Program-made: the position numbers and the translations under genes | Shown here: positions 19,138 through 28,469 of the stretch, piece by piece | How the letters are laid out: each line of letters opens with the position of its first letter | Position numbering within the stretch: the stretch's first letter is position 1 | Origin: a virus | Virus record (IMG/VR): IMGVR_UViG_3300027728_000006 | Coordinates: 40,352 to 104,351 of that record | Length of the DNA: 64,000 bases | Strand: one strand, 5' to 3' | The notes under the pieces: model-generated | What the model saw: the letters and a program-made list of their open reading frames with translations, nothing else | Databases searched by the model: none | Told to the model about the DNA's origin: nothing

Positions 19138-19401
19138 GATTTATTCTCGGCCATACTAGCGCAGGTAATCATTTTTCGTAGTTCGTATTTTGAAGGGAGC
19201 GAAACGCCAGAAACAGGCAGAACGCAAAATCCGAGACTCGCAAGCTCTTCTGTTTATTTTTTGCATTTAATATAAAACGTAACCTGTCGGAGATATTCGA
19301 CGCAATAGAATTTATTCTATCATATTTTTATCTGTAATACAAGCTTTTTTTTTACAAAAAAACAAAATTTGAAAATTATAGCGGAGTCGCCATGATAAAT
19401 A

Positions 19402-19788
19402 ATGCCGGACTTTATACATTTAGGAATATCAATAGGAAGTATTGTTTTTCTCATACAGCAAACTGACTTTGTGTACGAGTATTTTAGCCTTTTCACGCGA
19501 ATCACTAAAAATAAAAAGCTTGAAGAATTTTTAAAATTCGACTATTACCAGAATTCAAATGGATATTCCAGCTATGTAGAATTTATCTGCTCAAGAGATT
19601 GGTCTGAAAACTTTATCATGTCATTTTTATCAAAATTGATATCTTGTTTTTTTTGCTTAAGTTGCTTTTTGAGTACAGCTTGCGCAATCGTGTTATGTTC
19701 AAAATTCTTATTTGGATATTTCTTGATATCCGTATTGACGTTCTATATACTTTTTAAAATAAAAAACGCCATTTTTAATAAAAAATAA
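19402..19788 (+). CDS. Small membrane protein with CxxC
   Basis: Hydrophobic segments and LISCFFCLSC. Confidence 0.55.
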   Translation: MPDFIHLGISIGSIVFLIQQTDFVYEYFSLFTRITKNKKLEEFLKFDYYQNSNGYSSYVEFICSRDWSENFIMSFLSKLISCFFCLSCFLSTACAIVLCSKFLFGYFLISVLTFYILFKIKNAIFNKK

Positions 19789-19799
19789 GTGTATAATAA
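19782..19799 (+). promoter_or_regulatory. Putative phage late-promoter motif AAAATAAGTGTATAAT
   Basis: A 15-nt string identical to 27812-27826; both lie just upstream of plus-strand genes. Confidence 0.55.
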
Positions 19800-19805
19800 A
19801 ATATT

Positions 19806-20423
19806 ATGCCCCTTCCGAAGCCAAAAAATAAAGAAAAGAAAACAGAGTTTGTATCTCGTTGCGTTGGCGACGATCAAGCTGGAAAAGATTTTCCCGATCA
19901 AAAACAAAGAATTGCAGTTTGTTATTCGCAGTGGGATAAGGCAAAAAAAGAGGCTTCAGCATCTGTTGAGCTAAACGACGATGAGTTTTTGTTTTTTGTT
20001 GAATCAGATTGTTTGGAGTGCGACGGCGCAATTTCCGCATCTGAGGAAGAACTTACGCTAGAAAATTTATATATTCCAACCGAAAAAGAATATCTTAGCT
20101 CTGAAGAAATTGATCTTGATGAAGCAGAATTTGTCGAACTCAATATGGATGAATTTTTAAAAACTAAATCTGTAAATGCTTCAGAATATCAAGGTAGAAA
20201 AGTCACACTAAATAAACCATTTAGAACTCCAGGCGGTCCTAAAAAATCTGCTGTGTATGTAAAAAATCAAAGCGGAAAAGTAGTTATCGTAAGATTTGGC
20301 GACCCGAACATGTCTATCAAGAAAAACATCCCAGCAAGAAGAAAAAGTTTTCGCGCCAGACATAAGTGCGATCAAGCAAAAGACAAAACTACACCAAGAT
20401 ACTGGGCTTGTAAAAGCTGGTAA
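19806..20423 (+). CDS. Modular phage protein (basic N- and C-terminal modules, acidic linker), possible virion/head component
   Basis: MPLPKP..EFVSRC..QRIAVCYSQW module and EYQGRKVTLNKP...RRKSFRARHKC..RYWACKSW module. Confidence 0.6.
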   Translation: MPLPKPKNKEKKTEFVSRCVGDDQAGKDFPDQKQRIAVCYSQWDKAKKEASASVELNDDEFLFFVESDCLECDGAISASEEELTLENLYIPTEKEYLSSEEIDLDEAEFVELNMDEFLKTKSVNASEYQGRKVTLNKPFRTPGGPKKSAVYVKNQSGKVVIVRFGDPNMSIKKNIPARRKSFRARHKCDQAKDKTTPRYWACKSW

Positions 20424-20443
20424 AACTAAAAGATAATAAAATT

Positions 20444-20917
20444 ATGAGCAATAACTTCTCGAAAACTAAAGAAAACGGAATTGACACATTTATAGTATCT
20501 TTTAATAAAAAAGAAAATTTTGTCAAATCATCAGAATATGAATCTCCAGAACAAGAATTAATGGATCTTAAAGAAGATTTATCTGAAATGGTGATTGGAT
20601 CATTAGGAGCAGTCAAGTCACTTTCTGAAAATATATTGAACAATCTTTCAAATGAGCCTGTGATGGAAAACTTGTCAGAACCATTCCTGCAGCAAATGGC
20701 ATCTTTAGCGGAAGATTATATTACAACTATTCATAATTATTGCATGTTCAGTCAAGATCCTTCGGAGGAAATGGAAGAAGCTGAAGCGGCAAAAAGAAGA
20801 GGATTGTGGGACAATATAAGGGACAAAAAGAAAAGAATGGGTAAAAATTATAAACCCGCCAAGCCAGGTTCGCCAGACAGACCTTCTCAAAACTCTTGGA
20901 AAAAAGCTCAAAAATAA
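20444..20917 (+). CDS. Phage protein with acidic body and basic GLWDNIR tail
   Basis: ORF; C-terminal GLWDNIRDKKKRMG..KPG module. Confidence 0.55.
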   Translation: MSNNFSKTKENGIDTFIVSFNKKENFVKSSEYESPEQELMDLKEDLSEMVIGSLGAVKSLSENILNNLSNEPVMENLSEPFLQQMASLAEDYITTIHNYCMFSQDPSEEMEEAEAAKRRGLWDNIRDKKKRMGKNYKPAKPGSPDRPSQNSWKKAQK

Positions 20918-20920
20918 ATC

Positions 20921-23900
20921 ATGAATATCTTTAATGTTAATAATATCAAATCAATTTTACCATTTTTCTTACCTAGCTCTGGCGGAATTCTAAAAGCCAA
21001 TGTGAGTGAAGCTGATCAAATTTCTGAAATTACAATAGATGGCGAATTAATTGAATTCGAATCAACGTCCTCCTCTGAAATTTCTTTAAAAATTCCAAGT
21101 TTAACAAGCGGAATTAAAAGCATTAAATTTAAAACTCAAGGCTATACAACTGAAAAACCTAATGCTTTTACAATTATTCCTCCTGCGACAATCAATCAAG
21201 TAAAAAATAACGACTCCATAACGGAAAAAACAATCTTAAAAAGGAATGAAAAATTAAAAATTCCCAAAAGCGGAGGATCCTTTAAGATAGTAGGTTCCGG
21301 CTTTGAGTTTGTAAATTTTATAAAAATTGATAAAATAAATATAATTGATTTTAAGATATTATCTAGTTCTGAAATCGCAGTAACCATACCCCTTACACTC
21401 TCCGGCAGAAAAGAAAAAATTTATATAAAAAACCTTGCTGGAGAAGAGAGCGCATTTGTTTTAAATTTAAATATAGATAACGAATTACCAACCATCACTT
21501 CTATTTCTCCAGATTATAAAAAAATAAGTGAATTGCCTCTAGAGATAACAATCATTGGATCCAACTTTGATTCTGACTTTTTAGAGGTAAAAGTCGATGA
21601 AGAAATTCAAAATATAAAATTTTCAGATTCCTCTATTGTTAAATTTGATTATTTAAATAATTCACCTGGACTTAAAAATATTTCGATCGAAACAAGTTCT
21701 GGAAAAACAATTCGCAAAAATTCATTTTTTAACTTTGCCTCCCCAAATATCAGTAATATCTCTCCACACAGTATTTCTCAATTTGGCGGAACTTCCATAA
21801 CAATAACTGGATCGGATCTTGATATTTTTGAAAATGTTCAACTTGGTGAAACAAATTGCGCCATTCTAGAAAAAACGTACAATTCTTTAATTTTTACTTC
21901 TCCTGCTTTTGAAGATGATGGGCACAAAAATTTAACATTAAGTGGACCATTTCAAACAATAGTAGAAACAAATATTATCGAAGTAATTTCTGAACCAGAA
22001 ATCTCTTCGTTTTTCCCCAATATTTTAAATCCGACAAAAGTAGAAAGCGTAAAGGTTTTTGGAAAAAATCTTTTAAATTTAAAAAACCTGCTAAATTCTT
22101 CAGATGAATCAAACATAGAGTTCTTAGCATATAATAATTTTTCAGGAGAAGCTAATATATATCCAAATTTGTCAGGGCAAGGCAATCAGACGATCCAATC
22201 GGAATCATCAATTGGAACAGTATTAGATACTCAAAACATTTATTCATACAATACGCCAAACCCAGTAATTTTAAAAATTGAGCCCTCTGTCTTACCAAGT
22301 TACAGTTTATCTATAAATGAATCTGGACAAATTTACAAATCTGATTCTTCTGGAATAATTTATGGAAATTATTTTTTGCCACCCCTTTCCGTAAAGATAG
22401 GAGGACAAAATGTAAAAATTATCACAGGGTCAAGCTTAAATACAAATAGTTCAATACCAGTAATACTCCCCACTGGGCTAATTGGATATTCCGATATTGA
22501 AATTACAAGCAATGGAAGAACGTCTACTTTAAACAGCGGTACCAATTTTTCTAATCTTCCAATTTTTGAAAAAGTATATCCTGACTATTCGTGGTCCGGA
22601 GGCGGACAAATGATAACCATAGAGGGTCAAAACTTACTCGGAAGTGAAATCTTTATAGAACAAGGAACTAATTTAAACCCAACATTTGCTAAAATAGAAA
22701 ATACAAAAATTAATTCAGATCAAAAGCTATCATTTTTTACAATTCCTGGATCCGGAGGTTGTCGAGGTCAATATATGGGAACCTGCTTGGATCCAAAAGG
22801 ACAAGACGGACCTAGAATTATAAAAATATCAGGACGCGGCGGAGATTTTCTTTATTCTGGTTTAAATTATGTAAACGAACCAAAAATAATAAGCGCCTAT
22901 CAAACAGGATTCGACACTATCTGGGGCGCACTCCCATCTAATACAATATTTTTAAACGGAAAAATAAATGTAAATTACGACCCAAGCACATGGAATAGCT
23001 TTAACGGAAAGAGTGTTAAATTTTATCCAGGCAATTCAGGAGCTTTTTCACAATCAGTAAGCCCAAAAATAAACGGAGTAAAGTTACAAATTTTAACAGA
23101 TCAAAGCTCCGCCACTGGACTAGCTTGTAAGATTCCTTATTTAAAATATTCGCTTTCGGGCAGTAATAAGACAGTATTAGGCTTTTCTGGGAACACCCAA
23201 ATAACAGTTTCTTCCGGATTGTCTGCAGAATTACTAAATAAATCTTCTTTTATAGATTCCTTGGAAGATTTTAATTCAAGCCAAGTGTTTGTGGACAAAT
23301 ATCTTGCCTATAAAATATGGTACCATAATGGAGTTTCTGAAAAAGACCACTCGATTGACGACTGGTACGATACAAGCTACAGTTTTGACGGCTGGAATAA
23401 ATACGGACAAGGAAATCCAACACCGCAACCCGCTCAATTAAAAAAAATTAAACCATTAGAATATGTAAAAAAAGCAAAAGTTAGACTTGACAATGGAACC
23501 AATTATCAAGTAGGGCCAGGCTATTTGGCTGGAATATCAACGCCCAACGTATTATCATTCAGCTTGCCGTCAAATGCAAAAATTGGAACTCTCATACGAG
23601 TAGAAATAGGGCAGCTTGGATACAATTGCACAACTACAATTCCAGGATTTTTAGAAGTTGATTGCGACGGATGCATGTATCCCGGCAATGGACCAGCTAG
23701 ACCAAATGCAAAAGAAAAAGGTCCGTTTACATTTTTAAAAACAAAAAATGGTTGGAATATTATCCATATCGGCAATTATCAAACAATAAATTCCGCATTA
23801 AATACCGGCGTATCTCCAGGTTGGATAATTTCTCCAGAAGTTGGAGAATTAAATTTCTCTTGGGTCAAGAGAAAAGACTCTTTTGACAACGCTTATTTTG

Positions 23901-26900
23901 GAAATTACATACCCAATACAATATCTCAAAACAGCTCTGGAAATATACACATAGAAGAAAAAACAAATGAGATTGTGAATAGTGGAATTTTTGATTCTTA
24001 CAATGTGCTTCAAGTAAAATCTGACGACTATCTGCTTAATCACGAACAGTATATTTCGTTCCTTCCATTCGTTCCGCCGTATATTGGAGCGATATCAACA
24101 AGATCCACCGGATCGAGCAATGATCCATCACCAAATTACGGACCCTTAACATTGGGCAATATAGCAAGTGGCGTGAACAACGGCGGATACATAATTGATT
24201 TATCTGGGTTTTTCCAAAAAACCGCAGGTACAAGCGAAGTATTTATCGGCGAACAAAAGGTGGCACAAATCGATTCTACTTCGTTCGGTGGAACGCTACC
24301 ATCGGCATCATCAAGTCAAAACCTTATTTCAATTGGAGTAACAGGCTTTTCGCTTGAACAAGTTGGAACTTTTGATGTAACTATAAAAAACAACCTCGGT
24401 CAATCCACCCTGCCAAACGCGTTTGCAGTTTTTGAATCCCCCCAGCAGGGAAACACTAAGATTCAATCGCTATCTATTACATTATCAGCTCCAACTACTC
24501 AAAATCCAGCCATTTACCCAAAAAGCATTGATCTCAATCAAGATAATATTCCAGATAGTTGGGATAATCAATATTTCCCAAATGCTTTAAATTTTACATC
24601 ATTTACAATCACAGGTTTCTCAAATGCCCCAGGCGGAACATCAACATTGAATTCTCCAAACGCAGTATATTTAAAAACTCCAAGCAATCAATCTACCTAC
24701 CCTCAAGGTCAAGGAATTTATTATTACGAAAGCGGCAGACAAATCAATTCAAAGGGTCCAAACTTTATTTTATGCGCAGAAGGTAAATGCACGTTATTCC
24801 TTGCTCCCAAAAATGTAATACCATACACAACTTTGCCTTACGACCCCGTTTCGTCTCCACTTGGCGCTCTTTCATTCTTAAAAACTTTTGGTAAAGAGTT
24901 TGCTCCCTTGCCATGGAATAGGGAGTGGAAGTATGAGCAACCTCAGGTTGGCTATTCTTCAGGAACTGTTAGTCCAATATTTACAAGTCCAATAAATCAT
25001 TATGTTTTAGATTCAGATGCAGATGGATTAACAAATACAAAGGAATATGTGTTTGGAACAAGCCCAATATCTTCAGCATCCAAATACGCGCCATCTTACT
25101 CTATAAGTGGGGGAATGTTTCATTTCTTTGTGCCAACAATAGTAGATAGAAAATATACAATTCAAACTGGCAATCTTATAAATTGGTACAATGTTGCGAC
25201 CCTTACTGGAGATGGTTTTACTAAAAAGTTTTCTACGAATACAGTAGGTAACATTTTTTTCAGAGCGTTTGTTGAATTATTATATAAACCACCTACAGTA
25301 AACGAAATATTTCCAAATCAAGCCAAACTTAATGGAAATGAAAATTTTATTATCTCTGGTTCAAATTTCTCAACAGTTAATGCGCTAACGGTAGAGAACA
25401 CAAATGTTAGCAATTTTCAAATTGAATCAGATTCTATCATAGCATTTAACCCTCCAAACCTGTCTACTTCTGGATATAAAAAAATAACTATAACAAATAA
25501 AAGCGGAACCACTAGTGGAAATGGAAAAGGCATAACCTATTTCAATACGCCTATAGTAAATTCTATTATTCCGAATAAATTTTCTGCTGCTGGCGGTTCA
25601 GCAACGATTAGTGGGTCAGGATTTTGTAGTCCGATTTCTATAGCAATTGAAAACGAAAATAATCCAACCTTTTCTTCTATTAATTTAACTGGACTTAATA
25701 TCTCAATTCCAGCTCAAAAAACAATTGGAATTAAAAATCTTACAGTTTCAACTCCAGGCGGAAGTTCTAATTTGCCCATAGAAATATGTGGCGCTCCGAA
25801 CATTATCGATATAGATCCAAATCGAGGCTCTCCAGCTGGAGGAAATAAAATTACCATAAATGGTAATAACTTTATAAGTGGATACACTAAACTTTTTATA
25901 GAAAAAACTAATGGCGATTTTCAAGAAATCGCAATAACAGATTTTTTAGGGACCAGCTCTATTTCCGCAACAGTTCCATCCTCTGAAATTTCTGCGCCAT
26001 TCAGCGAAGGGTACAGGGATATAAAAGTCGAAACCTTTGGTGGGATTAACTCATCACTGCAAAGCAATGGATATTACTATGTTGGTAATGCATTATTGTC
26101 TTCTATAAACCCATCCACTGGAAACATTGATGGGCTTAATAATATATTAATAAGTGGATCTAATTTAAACTCAGATACTAATATATTTATTGATGGTCAA
26201 CAAATATTGAATAAAGTTTTTATTTCTTCAAGTTCTATATCCGGCAAGGCTCCTATTGGATTAACAACTGGATTTAAAACCGTAATGTCTAGCGGGCTCA
26301 ATCAAGGCAAATCATTTTTAATATCTGGATATAGATACGCAAAAAATCCAATTATAAATACAATTTCTACAAGCTGTATAAAAACAGGAACTTCTCCAAA
26401 CATAAAGATTTCTGGACAAAATTTACTATCAAGCCTAAAAACAAAACTAACAATTGGTGGACAAAATTCAAATATTTCCTCTAACATTTCGGAAACCGGA
26501 ATCGAATCATCGATTCCGATATCTAACAATCCTGGACCAGTTACTTTATTTATAGATACCGAAGCTGGAAGAAGCAATAGTTTAATAATAAACTACATAG
26601 GAACACCTTCAAGCTTATCAATAAATCCTAACTGGGCTAGCGAAACTGGAAAAAATAATATTACTATTTATGGAAATAATTTTGGAACTGGCGATTGCAA
26701 ACCTCTATTAAAAGTTGGAACGCAACAAGCTCAAGCCACATCCTATACAAACAGTGAAATAATATTCAATGCTCCAGCTTCTACATATGGTGCAAAAAAT
26801 ATCAATGTTGAAAATTTGGCGGGCACCGGAACTGTACAGTTTACATATTTAATGAAGCCAACAATTGCCAGTGTAACGCCAAGTGAAGGTGTCGCAAATG

Positions 26901-27766
26901 GAGGCAACGTGGTAATTATTTCTGGAAGTGGAATCTTAACCTCACCATTTGAAGGCACTAAAGTTTACTTCAATAACTCTGAAATTGCAACATCAAATTT
27001 AATTGGAAACGTAAACTCTTCAAGTCGCGTTCAATTTACCGTCCCAGCCAGAGTAGGCAGTGAAAATTATATAGATCTTGAAATTCGAAATGGTGGAGGT
27101 CAAACTTTGGTTAAAAGCGGATATAAATACATTGATGCGCCTATCATTGCTTCTCTGCTTCCATCAGCAGGATCAATAGCTGGTGGTAATACATTTGAAA
27201 TTTCTGGCTCGAATATAACTAATGATATCAGTGTAAAATTTGGAAATAACACAGTTGGAAATTTAACATTTATTTCAAATACAGGAATACGTGGATCAGT
27301 ACCATCTTCAACAAACGCTGCAATTTCAAACGTAACAATTAATGGATTAAATTTATCAACAGTTACAAAAAATTACGCATATCTAGACTCTCCGTCTATA
27401 GCGAGTATTACCCCATCCGTTGGACCATCTGATTACAATAGAATATCTTTTCAAATAAGCGGATCAAAATTCACACTGCCAAATTCAAATATAAATTATG
27501 GCTCTAGCTTAAAAATTGGAAGTCAAGAAATATTAATCAATTCAATTTCTGAAAACATTGTTAATGCCAGCATAACAAATTCAACAACCCCAAGCGGAGT
27601 AAAAAACGTTCAATTTTCTAATCTCGGAGGGACTGGAATATTAAATAGTGGATATACTGGAATAAATTATTTTCCAACTTATTCAACTCCATCATTAACT
27701 GAAAACTCTACTCTGCTCACTGCAAGCCCAACAGTTAACACTCTATATATAACTTATCAACCATAA
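20921..27766 (+). CDS. Giant IPT/TIG (Ig-like) repeat protein, probable virion surface adhesin
   Basis: Many P.I.S(I)SP..G...GG..ITI.G.NF units; DSDADGLTNTKEYVFGTSP motif. Confidence 0.8.
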   Translation: MNIFNVNNIKSILPFFLPSSGGILKANVSEADQISEITIDGELIEFESTSSSEISLKIPSLTSGIKSIKFKTQGYTTEKPNAFTIIPPATINQVKNNDSITEKTILKRNEKLKIPKSGGSFKIVGSGFEFVNFIKIDKINIIDFKILSSSEIAVTIPLTLSGRKEKIYIKNLAGEESAFVLNLNIDNELPTITSISPDYKKISELPLEITIIGSNFDSDFLEVKVDEEIQNIKFSDSSIVKFDYLNNSPGLKNISIETSSGKTIRKNSFFNFASPNISNISPHSISQFGGTSITITGSDLDIFENVQLGETNCAILEKTYNSLIFTSPAFEDDGHKNLTLSGPFQTIVETNIIEVISEPEISSFFPNILNPTKVESVKVFGKNLLNLKNLLNSSDESNIEFLAYNNFSGEANIYPNLSGQGNQTIQSESSIGTVLDTQNIYSYNTPNPVILKIEPSVLPSYSLSINESGQIYKSDSSGIIYGNYFLPPLSVKIGGQNVKIITGSSLNTNSSIPVILPTGLIGYSDIEITSNGRTSTLNSGTNFSNLPIFEKVYPDYSWSGGGQMITIEGQNLLGSEIFIEQGTNLNPTFAKIENTKINSDQKLSFFTIPGSGGCRGQYMGTCLDPKGQDGPRIIKISGRGGDFLYSGLNYVNEPKIISAYQTGFDTIWGALPSNTIFLNGKINVNYDPSTWNSFNGKSVKFYPGNSGAFSQSVSPKINGVKLQILTDQSSATGLACKIPYLKYSLSGSNKTVLGFSGNTQITVSSGLSAELLNKSSFIDSLEDFNSSQVFVDKYLAYKIWYHNGVSEKDHSIDDWYDTSYSFDGWNKYGQGNPTPQPAQLKKIKPLEYVKKAKVRLDNGTNYQVGPGYLAGISTPNVLSFSLPSNAKIGTLIRVEIGQLGYNCTTTIPGFLEVDCDGCMYPGNGPARPNAKEKGPFTFLKTKNGWNIIHIGNYQTINSALNTGVSPGWIISPEVGELNFSWVKRKDSFDNAYFGNYIPNTISQNSSGNIHIEEKTNEIVNSGIFDSYNVLQVKSDDYLLNHEQYISFLPFVPPYIGAISTRSTGSSNDPSPNYGPLTLGNIASGVNNGGYIIDLSGFFQKTAGTSEVFIGEQKVAQIDSTSFGGTLPSASSSQNLISIGVTGFSLEQVGTFDVTIKNNLGQSTLPNAFAVFESPQQGNTKIQSLSITLSAPTTQNPAIYPKSIDLNQDNIPDSWDNQYFPNALNFTSFTITGFSNAPGGTSTLNSPNAVYLKTPSNQSTYPQGQGIYYYESGRQINSKGPNFILCAEGKCTLFLAPKNVIPYTTLPYDPVSSPLGALSFLKTFGKEFAPLPWNREWKYEQPQVGYSSGTVSPIFTSPINHYVLDSDADGLTNTKEYVFGTSPISSASKYAPSYSISGGMFHFFVPTIVDRKYTIQTGNLINWYNVATLTGDGFTKKFSTNTVGNIFFRAFVELLYKPPTVNEIFPNQAKLNGNENFIISGSNFSTVNALTVENTNVSNFQIESDSIIAFNPPNLSTSGYKKITITNKSGTTSGNGKGITYFNTPIVNSIIPNKFSAAGGSATISGSGFCSPISIAIENENNPTFSSINLTGLNISIPAQKTIGIKNLTVSTPGGSSNLPIEICGAPNIIDIDPNRGSPAGGNKITINGNNFISGYTKLFIEKTNGDFQEIAITDFLGTSSISATVPSSEISAPFSEGYRDIKVETFGGINSSLQSNGYYYVGNALLSSINPSTGNIDGLNNILISGSNLNSDTNIFIDGQQILNKVFISSSSISGKAPIGLTTGFKTVMSSGLNQGKSFLISGYRYAKNPIINTISTSCIKTGTSPNIKISGQNLLSSLKTKLTIGGQNSNISSNISETGIESSIPISNNPGPVTLFIDTEAGRSNSLIINYIGTPSSLSINPNWASETGKNNITIYGNNFGTGDCKPLLKVGTQQAQATSYTNSEIIFNAPASTYGAKNINVENLAGTGTVQFTYLMKPTIASVTPSEGVANGGNVVIISGSGILTSPFEGTKVYFNNSEIATSNLIGNVNSSSRVQFTVPARVGSENYIDLEIRNGGGQTLVKSGYKYIDAPIIASLLPSAGSIAGGNTFEISGSNITNDISVKFGNNTVGNLTFISNTGIRGSVPSSTNAAISNVTINGLNLSTVTKNYAYLDSPSIASITPSVGPSDYNRISFQISGSKFTLPNSNINYGSSLKIGSQEILINSISENIVNASITNSTTPSGVKNVQFSNLGGTGILNSGYTGINYFPTYSTPSLTENSTLLTASPTVNTLYITYQP

Positions 27767-27855
27767 TCGGTTATTTCTTCATTTTTTTTTTAAAAACTGT
27801 CAATCTTTTATAAAATAAGTGTATAAACTAATTAAGACACTCTAAAATTAATCAT

Positions 27856-28413
27856 ATGCCAAAACTCAAGCCTTACAGACAATATAGCGAACACGACGTA
27901 ATAAATGGATTATTTTCTTACTCTGGACCCGTTCCAGTAGAAGCAGGAACGATAGTTAAAATTGCAAGCAATTATCGTGACTCCAGTGGCAATATTTCTG
28001 AATATTTAGAACTTTCTAATGTGGAAAATACCATTTCTGCTTTATTTTCATGCGTTGGGTCTGTAGCGAAAACTGTCAATTTTGACGATACGCCAAGACC
28101 AGTGGGGATTTTACTAAAAGACGTAAAAGAATTTGACGAAAATGGCACTCCCTTGATTTTTGAACCCAGAGCTGCTGCTGAAAGAAACATAGTTCTTCCA
28201 CATCAAGCTGTTCCCATTTTAACAAGGGGAATTATTCTTATTAATGATATTGATGTATCCAATCATACTGGCGGAGGCGGCGAACCAGCGGCAGGAGATG
28301 CAGTATACATAGGCGATAATGGAGCATTTGCCACAGATGGAGTTATTGCAGTTGGACAATTCTTAAGCTCCATTGATGAGGATGGATATTGCCTTATCAG
28401 ATTTTCATTTTGA
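27856..28413 (+). CDS. Putative capsid decoration/cement-like protein
   Basis: PYRQYSEHDVIN, GILL.DV.E.DENG, QAVPILTRG, GDAVY and VGQFL patterns resemble beta-tulip head decoration proteins (from memory, unverified). Confidence 0.45.
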   Translation: MPKLKPYRQYSEHDVINGLFSYSGPVPVEAGTIVKIASNYRDSSGNISEYLELSNVENTISALFSCVGSVAKTVNFDDTPRPVGILLKDVKEFDENGTPLIFEPRAAAERNIVLPHQAVPILTRGIILINDIDVSNHTGGGGEPAAGDAVYIGDNGAFATDGVIAVGQFLSSIDEDGYCLIRFSF

Positions 28414-28469
28414 TTAATATTTAAAATACAATAAATCTTTTAAAGATTGTATTTTTTATACTATCAATC

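Noticed and set aside
27775-27803. Minus-strand TTGACA as an antisense promoter
   Set aside because: No plausible -10 box at 16-18 nt spacing
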